From: Heterodontus francisci
Taxonomy: Eukaryota
DNA: 64,000 nt
Direction of reading: 5' to 3'
NCBI RefSeq assembly: GCF_036365525.1
Contig: NW_027141093.1
Coordinates: forward strand, 4,340,001-4,404,000
The notes below the pieces were generated by a model. That model was not told the origin of the DNA, did not search any database, and worked only from the letters and a program-made list of their open reading frames with translations. Of this stretch, positions 42,176 to 56,654 are shown piece by piece. The position numbers and the translations under genes were made by a program. The first letter of the stretch is position 1, and each line of letters starts with the position of its first letter.

Positions 42176-45100
42176 TTTTTTTTTTATTTCCAAAATATAC
42201 TTTATTCATAAAGATCTGTAAAAAATACATTACAAAACAGTTCCAAACAGCACCAAGTCAAAAAATACAAACAGTGCAAAGGAGGTCAGTTTCCTTCAAT
42301 ATAGGAGTGAGTTGCCTCACAACCCTTCCATTTCATTTTTCATGCCATATACATCTTATGGCAAACGAAAATTTTCCTGCTGCAGTTTGAGGGGTTTTCC
42401 ATGGATCCAGCCCCTAAGTTCAGCTTGGTGGGGGGAGCTTACATGGTGGTCTTTCCCCATTGAGCCTTTGCTGCGGCTGCCCCAAACTTCAGTGCGTCCC
42501 TCAACACGTAGTCCTGGACCTTGGAGTGTGCCAGTCTGCAACATTCGGTCGTGGACAACTCTTTGCGCTGGAAGACCAGCAAGTCTTTGGCAGACCAAAG
42601 GGTGTCTTTCACCGAATTGATCGTTGTGCAGCAGAAGTTGTGGTTATCTCGGTGTGCGTCCCTGGGAACAGCCCGTAGGGCACAGACTCCTGTGTTACAG
42701 AGCTGCTTGGGATGAACCTCGACAAAAACCACTGCATCTCTTTCCACACCTCCTTTGCAAAGACACAGTCCAGAAGAAGCTGGGCAAGCGTCTCATCCCC
42801 AGCACAGACACTTCGAGGGCATTGTGCGGAGGGGGTGAGACTTCGGGCATGCAGGAAGGACCTGACGGGGAAAGCTCTTCTCACCACCAGCCAAGCTACA
42901 TCTTGGTGCTTCTTTGAAAGTTCTGGTGATGAGGCATTCCGCCAAATGACTTTGGCGGTCTGCTCGGGGAACCATCCGACAGAATCCCCCGACTCCTTTT
43001 CCCGTAGGGCCTTGAGGACATTCCGTGCAGACCACTGCCTGATGAATTGGTGGTAAAAGGTGTTTTCCGCAGAAACTGTTCCACGAAGGATAGGTGGTAC
43101 GGCACAGTCCAACTAGATGGAGCGTTCCACGGCAATGTGACCAGGCCCTTCCTTCACAACACTGGGGACAGATAGAATCTCAGCTCGTAGTGACACTTGG
43201 TGTTGGTGTATTGGGTATCTGCACACAGCTTGATGCAGCCGCACACGAAGGTAGTCATCAGGATGAGGGCCACGTTGGGTACATTTTTCCCGCTCTTGTC
43301 CAGAGATTTGAACACCGTGTCCTTCCGGACCCGGTCCATTTTAGATCTCCAGATGAAGCAGAAAATGGCTCGGGTGACTGCCACAGCACAGGAGTGGGAT
43401 ATGGGCCAGACCTGCGCCACGTGTAGCAACAACGTGAGCGCCTCGCACCTGATGACCAGGTTCTTGCCCACAATGGAGAGAGATCGCTGCCCCCACATTC
43501 CCAACTTTTGTCGTACCTTGGCTACTCGCTCCTCCCATGTTTTGGTGCACGCCCCGGCCCTTCCGAACCATATCCCCAGCACCTTCAGGTCGTCTGACCT
43601 GACGGTGAAGGGGACAAAGGATCGGTCAGCCCAGTTCCCAAAGAACATGGCCTCGCTCTTGCCGTGGTTAACATTGGCTCCTGAGGCCAGTGCGAAATGG
43701 TCGCAGATGCTCATCAGTCTGCGCACAGACAGCGGGTCCGAGCAAAAGACCGCGACGTCATCCATGTACAGGGACGTTTTAGCCTGAGTGCCTCCACTGT
43801 CTGGGATTGTCACCCCTCTTATACTCGCATCCTTCCGAATAGACTCAGCATAGGGTTCAATACAGCAAATAAACAAGAAGGAATAGAGGACAGCCCTGTC
43901 TGACTCCAGATTGGATCAGGAAACTTTCTGATTCCCACCCGTTGATTGAGTCTGTGCTACTGATGTTTATGGAGAGCAGTTTGATCCAATTGCAGATTCC
44001 CTCCCCAAACCCCATTTTGGAAAGTACGTCCATCATGCAGGTGTGCGATATCCTGTCAAAAGCCTTCCAGGCTGATGAGGCAGGTGTCCACCCTCCTGTC
44101 CCGTATGTGGGTGATCGTGTCCCTGAGTAGGTACAGTACAGGTCTGATCAGGGTGGATCACCAACTCCAGAGCAGACTTGATTCGACTGGCTATGACTTT
44201 TGACAGTATCTTGTCGTCAGCATTACCAGTGAGATGGGCCGCCAATTTCTGATTTCTGCCCTCTCCCCCTTCCCTTTGTAGATGAGGGTGATGATGCCTT
44301 TCCTCATGGATTCTGACATGCTGCCGGCTAGGAGCATACTGTCGTATACTTCCAGCAGGTCCGGGCCGACCCAGCCCCACAGGACCAAATACAACTCAAC
44401 CGGTAAGCCGTCGCTTCCGGGAGTTTTACTTATCTCGAAGGACTTGACGGCCTTAGTCAGCTCATCCAGAATTAGCGGTTTGTCCAGTCTCTCCCTCCTG
44501 CTGTCATCTAAGACCTCTGTGATAGATGACAGGAAGGACTGGGAGGCTCTGCTGTCTGTGGGCTTCACGTTATACAGCCCAGCACAAGAGGATTTGCTGA
44601 TCCTTAGTATGTCGGACTGCGAAGACGTTACCGAGCCGTCCTCTTCCTTCAGGCTGCTGATAACAGAGCTCTCTCTGTGTACCTTTTGGAAGAAGTAACA
44701 CGAGCACATCTCATCCTGCTCAATGGAGCGGACTCTGGACCGGAAGATGATCTTGTCGGCCTCTGTGGCAAAGAGCGAGGCCTGCTGGCTCTTCACCTCA
44801 TGAAGGTCCTCCTTGACCTTGACCCCCATCGACTGCAGCCAGAGCAGATTTTTCATACTTTTCTGGAGTCGTGACATTTCCATCAGTCTATCTCTCTCGC
44901 CCTCTGAACCCCTTTGAAGATAAAGAACCTCTTGATGTTCTGCTTGATCGCTTCCCACCAGTGAACTGGAGACTCAAAGGTGGGGTTTCACGTTCCACCA
45001 ACCTTTGTAATCCCTTTTGAGTTCCTCAACATTCTCTGGGGTTTGCAGTGCAGCATTGAGCTTCCATGTCCCCCTGCCAACCCGCTGGTCATCCTGTAAG

Positions 45101-45312
45101 TGAAAGTCAGCCAGTAAGAGGCAATGCTTGGAGAACACCGGCTTGACGTAGGTGGATCTGACCGTGAAACCACGGGACACAAATAGGAAGTCAATCCTGG
45201 AAAGGGCAGACCCGTCCGTTCTTGACCATGTGTATCTATGCTGCGCTCCGTCTGCAGGTTTGCTGAAGACGTCGTGCAGTTTGGCATCTTTTACTGTTTC
45301 TATTAAGAATCT
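42176..45312 (-). mobile_element. Tx1-clade LINE, ~3.1 kb, truncated in the endonuclease domain; not in a histone gene
   Basis: YTWSR..SRIDF..KH..GTWKLN, TPGSDGLPVELY, YMDD, C-terminal knuckle, same 3'UTR and poly(A) as the histone-inserted copies. Confidence 0.92.
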
Positions 45313-45317
45313 GTACA

Positions 45318-46835
45318 TAGCTCGTGGTGTTAACGGGTAATATATTATTTATTGTATTTATTTTGAGATACAGCACTGAAAAAGGCCCTTCAGGCACCGA
45401 GTCTATGCTGACCATCAACCACACATTTATACTAATCCTACATTAATCCCATTACCCTCTCACATCCCCAACTTCCCTCAATTCCCCTACCACCTACCTA
45501 TACTAGGGGCAATTTATAATGGCCAATTTACCTATCAACCTGCAAGTCTTTGGCTGTGGGAGGAAACCGGAGCACCTGACAGAAACCCACGCGGTCACAG
45601 GGAGAACTTGCGAACTCCGCACAGGTAGTACCCAGAATCGAACCCAGGTCGCTGGTGCATGCTTACTAACAAGAAACAGAGAATTAGGATAAATGGGTCA
45701 TTTTCAGGTTTGCAAACTGGAACTCGTGGAGTGCCGCAGGGATCAATGCTGGGGCCTCAACTACCTACAGCCTATATTAATGATTTGGATGAAGGGATCG
45801 AGTGTATTGTAACTAAATTTGCTGTTGATACAAAGAAAGGTGTGAAAGCAAGTTGTGCAGAGGACACAATGAGTCTGCAAAGAGATAAAGACAGGTTAAG
45901 TGTGTGGGCAAAATTTGGCATTTTAAGTATAATGTGGGAAAATGTGAAGTTATCCACTTTGGTATGATGGAGAGAAAAGAAGAATATTATTAAAATGGGG
46001 AGAGATTGCAGAATGCTGTGATATAGAGGGATCTGGGTGTCCTCTTATGTGAATCACAAAAAGTTAGCATGAAAGTACAGTAAGTAATTAGGAAGGCTAT
46101 TGGAATTTTGGCCTTTATTGTAATGGGGTTGGAGTAGAAATGTAGGGATGTCTTGCTACAACTGTACAGCGTGTTGGTGAGACCACACCTTGAGTGTGCA
46201 TACAGTTTTGGTCTCCTTATTTAAGGAGGAAAATACTTGCATTGGAGGTAGTTCAGGCAAACATCACTGGCTTGATTCCAGGGATGAAGATGTTGTCTTA
46301 TGAGGAACGTTTGACCTGGTTGTGCTACACTCATTGGAGTTTAGAAGAATGAGAGGTGATCCTATGAAACATATAAGATACTGAAGGGGCTTGACAGGGT
46401 ATTTACTGAGATGATGTTTCCCCTCAGTGGGGATGATGTTTCCCCTCAGACTCGGTGGGCCGAAGGGCCTGTTTCAGTGCTGTATCTCTAAACTAAACTA
46501 AACTAAAACTAAACTCATGAGGGAATCAAGAACAAGGGGAACAGTTTCAACATAAGGGGGCTCCCATTTTCGATGGAATTGAAGATGAATTTCTTCTCTC
46601 AAAGGGTTGTTGTTCTTTGGAATTCTCTACCCAAGAGGATGGTGGAGGCTGGTCATTGAATATATTCAAGGCTGAGTTTGACATACTTTTGGTCTCCAAG
46701 GGAGTGAAGTGTTATGGGGGCAGGCAGGACAGTGGAGTTGAGACTATGATCAGATCTGCCATGATCTTATTGAATGGTGGAACAGACTTGAGTGGCAGAA
46801 TGGCCTAATCCTGCTCCTAGTTATTATGTTCTTGC
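45318..46835 (+). mobile_element. CR1/HER1-type LINE fragment carrying SINE insertions
   Basis: KQRIRING..GVPQGSMLGP..YINDLDEG. Confidence 0.8.
45345..45655 (-). mobile_element. HE1/V-SINE-type SINE
   Basis: Reverse-complement homolog of 24272-24562. Confidence 0.85.
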
Positions 46836-47959
46836 ATTATAATGCCAGGTGGAATTAAAAACATGACTTGTGCAAATATCCCTGCTCCAGCAGGTATTCC
46901 CATTCATGGAGCAGTGCAGATGTTGGGTTGTTCCTGGATGTCACTAAATTGTTATAAAACTACCAAAGAAAACCTGATCAGCAGAAGCTGAGTGCTACAG
47001 TGGAATCAGACACTGACACTCTTTGTATTACTGATCATCCTTTGTGGTTGGTCATAATGATTATTAATTGAAATATTACATACATGTCTTTTCTAGCTTC
47101 CACTTCAATTGATCTTGAGTTACAAGAAATATTTATCTTTCTTTCTGTCGGCAAATACTTGAAGGAACCAGAAGGAATGTGATGATTCCCCGGCACAAGA
47201 ACATGTACAATCCACTCGTTCTAACACAGAGTAGGTACATTATCACTCCCAGAGAACAGAGACACAGACAGGCCATGAGTTCCACAGTCACAGAGAGCAG
47301 AAGCAGTCAGACTCACACTGATCCCAAGTTCCAGAGACACATTTTCAATCCAGCAGACAATCAACCAAAGCAGGAGATGCAGAAGTTGTTTCCAATTCAC
47401 CTCAACTCAGTACTGCTGAAAGCTAGGTCCATCAATCTCAGTTCAAAATCACACCCACTATCAGATTGAAAAGTACCAGATCTATCCCACAAGGGTGCAG
47501 CCTAAGCTACAAATTAAATATCAGGTAGAGCAGCTGATGGAAAGGTACAGAATGAATCCTAATAATGTAGCCCAGACTGCAGACTGAGTGACAGATTACA
47601 ATGTAGTACAAACATTTGATACAGTATCAAAAGGAAAGTTACAGTATTATGTCAATTAGTGCACACTGCACTACACATTACATACCAATCCAATAATCTC
47701 TCTAAGAGCTGTACTGAATGATATCATATCAATTGAATGATTCTGATTATACTGAGCATGCCATGAGTGAGTTTGAAATATCTGTTGTCATTCACAAATG
47801 TGTTCATACAGTTCCAGAAAAAATACTATTCCAAAAAGCTCAAACCACAACTCAGTAATACACACAGTTAAAATGTGCAGTGATCTATATTTTAAAATAC
47901 TAGTGAGACAAGAAAATGGTGATACATTATGGCATTAAACAAATAGTTCTCAACACCAT

Positions 47960-49420
47960 CCCATAGATACATATTAAGTACAGGTACAGAAGAATTCCAC
48001 ACTCATACAGCACCAGCGTCACATAGATACAGAATGTACACTTGCAGACATAACCAGCAGCTGAGAGATACAAAATTAATCCCACTGTAATGGACTGTCC
48101 AAGAGACAGACACATAAAAAATGAATTGTAACGCATATTTCGTACCAGAGACTGCCAAATGCAAAATGAGCCCTGGATATACGCACGCAGACTGTACCAG
48201 AAACTGACTGATACAGAATGAGACCCATACTCAAAAGCGGTACCAGAGGCTAACAAGTAAAGATTAAATACAATATACACTTCCAGTACCAGAAAATAAT
48301 ATATGCATGACAGATATCACTCACGTACAGTAGCAGAGATTGACAGACAACAGAATGAATCCCACAATCTCATGCAGTACCAGATACTGACAGGTACAGA
48401 ATGAATCCCATACACACTGTACTAGGCACTGAAAGACATAGGAGGAATTGCACATTCACATACAATAGAAAACACTGACAGATACTGTAGGAGTCACATG
48501 CTCACAGTCAGTACCAGATGCTGTTGAAAAGAGAGTTAATCCCACACTTGCATTCATTGCGAGAGACTGACAGATACATAAAAGGTATCCACACTCACAT
48601 AGAGTAACAGAGACTGACATGCAGAACTTGAAACACACATATGCATAGTAGCAAAGTCTGAAAGGTATTGAGTCAATCCCATAATCAGATACAGTGTCAA
48701 AGACTGACAGGCACATTCGAGTTCACTTGGATAGAATACCAGAGATTTTCACGTACAGAATGAACCTTATTTCTCATTCAGTCTGGATACTGATAGATAC
48801 ACAATGAATCCTACAATCATACTCGATACCAACTTCAGACAGACACCATATATATTCCCCTCTTATTCACAGTATCATAGACTGACAGGCACAGAGTGAG
48901 TCACAAAATCAATTAATTTCAAAGACCAGCAGATAGAGAATTAATCTCACTCTCACAGAAAGAACCAGAGATTGACAAATATACAGTGAGACCATAAAAT
49001 GACTCACATAAAATGACAGACACATAATTAAAACCACTGGCATATATAGTACCTTAGACTGACACATAGAGAATGAACCATACAGTCACATTCTGACTGT
49101 AAGATTGATGCATACACAATGAATCTCACACTCACATTTAGTTCTGGACACTGACAGATACAGAATGATATCCACATTCAGCCACAGTAGCAGATAGATA
49201 AAGAAGCTGCCACACATTCACATACAATACTCATGATTGACATACAGAATGAATCTCACACTCACATTTAGTTTCATAGACTGACACTGAAATAATCTCA
49301 CACTCAGACACAGTACCACAGACAGATGGATGTAGAATTAAACTCGCTGTCACATAATGTACCAGAAAGTGTCAAAATTAATCTCATACAGTCCAAAAGA
49401 TGGATTGAATTTGTCTCACA
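47960..49420. repeat. Degenerate 46-bp minisatellite family, opposite orientation
   Basis: Recurrent cagtaccagagactgacagatacagaatgaatcccacactcac-like units. Confidence 0.65.
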
Positions 49421-49424
49421 CTCA

Positions 49425-49905
49425 ATGTAATAGGTTTTAAGTAATTGAAGCGGGGGTGGGGGGGAGGTGGGGAAGAGAAGAAAAGGGAAGGTGTGTAATA
49501 GGGCAGAGGGCAGGAGAGATTAACTGACAAGGAGGTCATGGGGCAAAGGCAAAGGGAGTGTGCTAATGGTGTAGTGAAAGACAAAATATTAGTGCAGAGA
49601 GAGTGTTAATGACAGAATAATCAATAGTTCTGTCCAAAAGCACATACTTGAAAAACCAAGTTTAAGGCAGGCACATGGTTAAAAAAAAAAGATAAAATAA
49701 AATAATAAAAAGGGTTGAGAGCCCTGTCAACCACAGTGACAGGGAAATCGGAAACGATGTTGATGAAATTTTCAGTTCGGAGCGGGAGCAGGAAATGACA
49801 CTGATCCAGTCATCATTGTACCGGAAAAAGAGCTGGGGGTGGGGTCCTGAGTAGGACTGGAAAAAATAATGTTTGACATACCGCACAAAAAGACAGGCGT
49901 AACCA
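49425..49905 (-). mobile_element. Penelope-like element RT fragment
   Basis: YACLFV.YV.H..FQSYSGP.P.LFFRYNDD (for YIDD), typical of PLE reverse transcriptase. Confidence 0.75.
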
Positions 49906-51709
49906 TTTACAGAGATAGGGCACAAAGAATCATCATGGAAAGAGGCATGAGCTTCAGATCCAAAGCTGAAGTGACAGGATCAGAGGAACAGCTGTTTGTT
50001 CTGCAGTGTGGACTTCGGTCAGATCTGTAAACAAGCAGCTCCACAACAAAGGGAGAGAACTCAAAAATTAGAGTTCTGCCTTTCAGGAATATTGCCGGGA
50101 AGCACTTTTTCACACAAAGGGTAGCGGGAACCTAGAATTCTCTCCGAACAATCAGATAAACCTGAGGGTCAATTGACAATTTCCAACCTGAGATTGAGAG
50201 ATGTTTATCCAGTGACGGTCTGAGGGTTTATGAAATTACAGCAGGTAGCTGGAGTTAAGATACAGGTGAGCCAGGATCTAATTGAAAGGTGCAGCAGGCT
50301 CGAGGGGCTGAATGGCCGACCCCCATTTCTATGTTCCTATGGCTACAACAGGGCAGAAACAGCTGCGAACATACGTTGCATTTCACATTTAACAGCAAAA
50401 ATACCAGCAGTCAGGAGCTGAAAAGGGAAAGATGACCCCTCGATGACCTGAGAATAAGTACAGAATGGCCTCCTTCAGAACTGGTGATTTTATCAGGATA
50501 AGATGCCGAAAATTAGAAATTAATCCAACGGGAATCGCCATCCTCCGCCTCCAGGAATTGGACAATATAATGCTGGGTGTGGGAGTTTGGTTTGGGCAGG
50601 GGGTTGGCTGTGACATCACGAACACTCCCTCTCCACCTCCTCACTCCATCACCCCACCCCCTTCCCCTCTCCATCGGCCCCCGGCTTCATCCGATCCACA
50701 GATACTTTCCAGCAGACATTGCTGGGGAGTGGCCGGAGTCCTGGTTCTCTGTCTCCATTTTCCCTGTCCCACCCATGGCCACTGAGGCTCCTCTCCCCCC
50801 ACCCACCCTGAGAGCAACTAACCCACCTTGTCCATAAATTTAAAATGGAAAAGTGTCTCGTAAAGAGCAGGAGCAGAGGGGAGGCTGTAACCCATCAGAG
50901 AGGATTGTGTTCCTGAATCCCCAACTCTTTTTGCCATGTTTCCATTCAATGTCCACACTCTCTCCTTGGTCTGTCCCTGGAGACCTGTCATATCACGATT
51001 CTCTCCAGGGAATTTCTAAAGATATTTTCCCCATCCCTCCAGGATTGGCCTGGAGTTCCCAGCACTCCCTCCATTGCAGTACTTTCTGAAATACTACCCG
51101 TGCCATGTAATAGTCAAGAGAGACAGTGGGGAACGAGGCAGATCAACAGGATGTCTGGCAGATTCAGTGTGAGACGGTAACACTGCCGGGTAAAGGCCGC
51201 TTTCCAACTCCAATCTTAACACAGGAGATTCCCCAAACAGCTGCAATAAGGTGTTTGTAAACTGCTGGAAGCGGATGTGTGTGGAAATGGTGACGTACGT
51301 TACTGAGTAGGTTATTTGTTACAGAATGGACTGTGTTTAGGTGGGAATATTACTGAGTGTTAATTGTAGCGGAACCATATTTAAAAGCTCCGGCTTTCTG
51401 GAAAGCCTTGACTATGAAGGCCGAGTCTGGAAGGGTTTGTGTGGAGAGCTGGGTTTCGGTTCCACTGTTAATAAAGGGTTTGAAATTGGCGAACCAGAGG
51501 AAACTGGAGGTGGAACTGAAAGATGATGGGCCGTTCTCTCTCTGTCTGTCACTCTGGGTGTCTCCTCCCCTTCCTGCTCTCTGTTCAATCTTCACTCTGT
51601 CTCCTCCCCTTCCTGCTCTCTCTCTGCCATTCTCAGGCAGGTCCGGGCGGTCTGTGTAAAGTGGAGCCTGCAAGAGTCTGCTTCTTATATTGTGTAGTGA
51701 TCTGAGTGA

Positions 51710-52030
<321 letters not shown>

Positions 52031-53170
52031 ACAATTTGACCCTTTCCAGCAAACACAAAACAAAGGCTCTTCTAAGAGCCACCCACCGCCTCATAGAGAG
52101 AGCAGTGACCGAGAAATGGGAGCTGGGATAGGCTGTTCAGAACAGTTCAATCACTCTGAAATATTTCAGATTTCCAGCATCCGCAGTAGTTTGCTTTTAA
52201 TTCTTTGTTCAATCAATCTGCTGTGTCCGGGATTAAAAAAAACTGGAATCCCCGAATTTTACATTTCAATTGCAGCAAGGATGTGCAGTGGAATTGATTT
52301 TCTAAACGGGCTGTGTAAACAGCGCCTGAGGCTCTACACTTAGTTATTTCCCCAGTCGACACATGCCCTCAGTAAAAAGCCACATCACTCCTCCAGAATC
52401 ACTCATTGTTTTCATAGAATTTCAAAATGATTTCGCTGCAATGAGGGAATCCGGGAGTTTTGCAGCAGCTGTTGAATCGGTCACTGGAACCAGACCCACT
52501 TGTGATGTTATTTCCCCTGAGACGGTGTTTCCTGCACTGAAACTGACAGGGTTTGTGAAACTGATCAGTTTCTGCTCAATCATTCAGGGACCTGGAATTG
52601 CCACAGCTTGAGCCCGCGCTATCCAGAGCCCATTTCTGATTGGTCACCCACGTCTCATTCACATGTCTTAACCAATCGCAGAGCCTCCAATTAGAAAATA
52701 CAGCAAATCACTGGCTTAAATTGGCAGAAAGTTTGAATTCGAAAAAGGCGCCAATTTCAGTGTCGGAAAGAAGCGAATTAATGGTAAATCTGGCGTTAGT
52801 TTAAAGCTGTTCGTAAAATCGGGCCAGTACTTTGTGCTGATAAAAGCGGAATAAAAAAAGCTTTTGATGGATTATATATATTACGATGTTTTACTCTGTA
52901 ATTTTTTTGTCTACTTATCTGTACATGGCGGTAAGACTCTATCAGCAATCTGTAACGGGACAAATAACTCACTCAGTGTGGAAGTAATAAATTAGACAGG
53001 CTTTGGGGTGACAGTGGCAAATCACTGAAACAGATGCTTAAACATTTGAAATAGTTCTCATTCGGTCCTGTTACTGACATTTTGGAATCAGACAGTAACC
53101 AGCCCTTTCACAGAGACTGTGGGTGGCTCTGAAAAGAGCCTTTGGTTTATTAGGTGACATTTTGGCCGCT

Positions 53171-53599
<429 letters not shown>

Positions 53600-54448
53600 T
53601 TACTTTACTTATAGACTGAAAACTCTCCCCATTGGCCGGTACTTAATTCACCTCATTTGCCTATATTCTTCACCAATCAGGTCACTGACAACAAAAGTGG
53701 GCGGGATTTACCCGCCACAACATCAGAAGCAGAAAATTTGTCAATTTGAAAAAGACCGCCAATTTCATTGTCAGAAAGGAGCGGATTAAAATAAATGTCA
53801 TCCTTAGTCAAATATTTAAAATCCCTTGTCCTTATTTTGTTTTATTCAACTTTTTCCGTCACGAATTACAGACGCGGGTTTAAAATGTTATTTAAATTGT
53901 GGATCTTTCTCCAATTGCTTTCAAACTGTCCCGGGAGGTACTAAATCCCTGTTCACAGCATTTCCCTGAAGGGAAACATTCAGTTTATCTTCAATCAGAG
54001 CCCAGTGTCCTTCTCTGAAAAGAGGGAGCCCGATCGAGTCCTCAAACTGCCCTTAGTCTGCTGTGTAATAATCCCATTCCGGGCTGTTACAGTGCGGAGA
54101 GTTGCTGTTAATAAAATGATGAATCAGTTCACATTTCAGGAATAGAGTGAAGGGACTGAGGTCTGACTCTTACCGCTGAAAGCAGCTGTTAATGCGGTCA
54201 TTCAGGGGCTGTGCAAAACCAGAATAACAGCTTTAAGACAAGAAAGGAAAGGCGGATGAGCGGATTATGGGTTTGAGGTCGGTTTATGGGACAGCAGACA
54301 ATAACACAGGAGTGGGACATTTATTATGTTACACATTGTCTTAAAATGATTTCATAGAGATGTTCGGATGCAGCTTTTTCAGAGAGATTGTGGGTGGCTC
54401 TTAAAAGAGCCGTTGTGTTTGGGATGTTTTTCAGTTCATTGTGCAGTT

Positions 54449-54826
54449 TTACTTGGAGCTGGTGTACTTGGTCACTGCCTTTGTCCCTTCCGACACGGCG
54501 TGCTTGGCCAGTTCCCCGGGCAGCAGCAGGCGCACGGCGGTCTGGATCTCCCGGGAGCTGATGGTGCTGCGCTTGTTGTAATGGGCCAGGCGGGAAGCCT
54601 CACATGCGATGCGCTCGAAAATATCGTTCACAAACGAGTTCATGATGCTCATGGCCTTGGAGGAGATGCCGGTGTCGGGGTGAACCTGCTTCATCACTTT
54701 GTAGATGTAGATGGAGTAACTCTCCTTCCTCGACTTGCTCCGCCTCTTGCCGCCCTTTGCTGACGCTTTATTTAAGGTTTTCTTGGCACCCTTCTTAGCA
54801 GCTGCTTTCTTCTTCTCCTCAACCAT
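54449..54826 (-). CDS. H2B: Histone H2B, apparently intact (125 aa)
   Basis: Full frame with a single odd G>C (IACEA); stem-loop at 54396-54411. Confidence 0.9.
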   Translation of the reverse strand: MVEEKKKAAAKKGAKKTLNKASAKGGKRRSKSRKESYSIYIYKVMKQVHPDTGISSKAMSIMNSFVNDIFERIACEASRLAHYNKRSTISSREIQTAVRLLLPGELAKHAVSEGTKAVTKYTSSK

Positions 54827-55331
54827 CTTCAGTTTCAATTTCAGACACAGAAATAAACCAAACCCCTTTCCGAGTGCTGATTAAATAGACAATCCCACAG
54901 CTCTATGCTAATGAGGGATGGGGGAAAGTAAAGATAGTGATTGCGTGATTTGGAATGATGTCCCAACGATTTAATATTGTAATTCGACATTTGGTCTCTT
55001 TCGCCATCCAATCAGACTAAATATTTGCAACCAATCACAAATCCCCTTACTGCAATCAGGAAGTTTATTTCACAAAGACTCTCTCCAGTCCCAGTTTCTG
55101 TTGAAAGAGCTGCTCCCTGTGTGGAGCTTCCTGGAAATGTCCTGGCTGTTGTCGGAGGACACTTATTGACTGATTCTGTGTCGTTGTGTCTCTGCTATTG
55201 CATGTGAGTGTGCAATTAATTTCATTTTTAATCTCGGCTATTGTGTTTGAGTGTTTTATGTAATTTGGTAACTCAGTCTCTGGTACTGTATGGATTCATT
55301 CTGTCTCTGTCAGGTACTGTGTTTGAGTGTG

Positions 55332-55945
55332 AGGAGTTGAGGTGGAGTGTTGCAGCAAGAAAGATGGAAAAGAGCATTGGTGCCGATGACAGCCTTACTT
55401 GACCCCAGTTTGCACTCGGATTGGGTCAGTGATAGATCCGTTGGCAAGGATTACAGCTTACATGTCGTAGTGCAGTATGTTTGAGGAGGACATTCCATAA
55501 TCCCTCTCGGTTGGTAGAGTCGAAGGCCTTTGTCAGGTCAGAGAAGGCCATGTATGAAGGTTGCTGCTGCTCCTTACATTTTCTTGAAGTTGTCTTGCTG
55601 TGAAGATTATGTTCACTGTGCCTGTTGATGGACAGAATCCACATTGTGATTCCAGTAGGAGCTCTTCAGCCACGGGGAGGAGGCAGTTGAGAAGGACTCT
55701 TGTGATGACCTTCCCTGTGGTGGACAGCAGGGATACCCCTCTATCGTTAACACAGTCAGTCTTGTCAACTTTTTTAAAAGATGATCACAATTACCGCATC
55801 GCGGAGATCCCCTGTCATGCTCTCCTCCTTCCAGATGAGGGAAATGAGACATGTATTTGTGTCAAGAGTGCTTCTCTGCCATATTTTAGAATGTTTATGT
55901 GAATTCTATCTATTCTGGCAGTCTTATTGTTTTTTGGCTGTCCAT
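55332..55945 (-). mobile_element. RTE fragment (remnant of the duplicated 28483 element)
   Basis: Colinear with 28483-29125. Confidence 0.8.
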
Positions 55946-56654
55946 CTTTAACGTATTGTGTGAATGTGGGATTCATTCTGTACCTGTCACTCACTGGTAC
56001 TTTGTGTAAGTGTGAGATACATTCTGTATCTGTCAGTCTTCGGTATTGTATGTGAGTGTGGAATACATTCTGTCAGTGGCACTGTGTGTGAGTATTTGAT
56101 TCATTCTGTCAGTCTCTGGAATGTTATGTGATTTGGGACTTAGTCTGAATCTGTCAGTGGTTCTGCATATGTGGAATTCAAGCTATATCTGTCAGTATCT
56201 CAGTGTGTGTGTGAGTTCATTCTTTATCTGTTAGTCTCTGGTAATTTATGTGAGTTTGGCAGTCACTGAATCTGCCAGGTACTGTAGGAGTATTTGAGAA
56301 TGATTTTGTATGTGTCAGTCTTTGCTACTACATAGGAGTGTGGGATTAATTCTGTATCTGTCAGCCTTTGGTAGTGTGTGTGATTGTGGGATGAATTAAT
56401 TCGCAGTCATTGGTGCCCAGTATGAATGTGGAAATCATTCTGTAACTCAGTCTGATATTGTTATGTGAGGGTAGAAATCACGTGTATCTTTCGATCCCGG
56501 GTGCTGACTGTGAGCATGGGATTCATTCTGTACCTGTCGGTGGTACTGTATCTATCTGTGGGATTAATTCTGTACCTTTCAGTCACTGGTATTGTGTATG
56601 AAAGTGGGATTAATTCTAGATCCGCCACACATTGGTTGTGTGTGTGTGTGTGTG

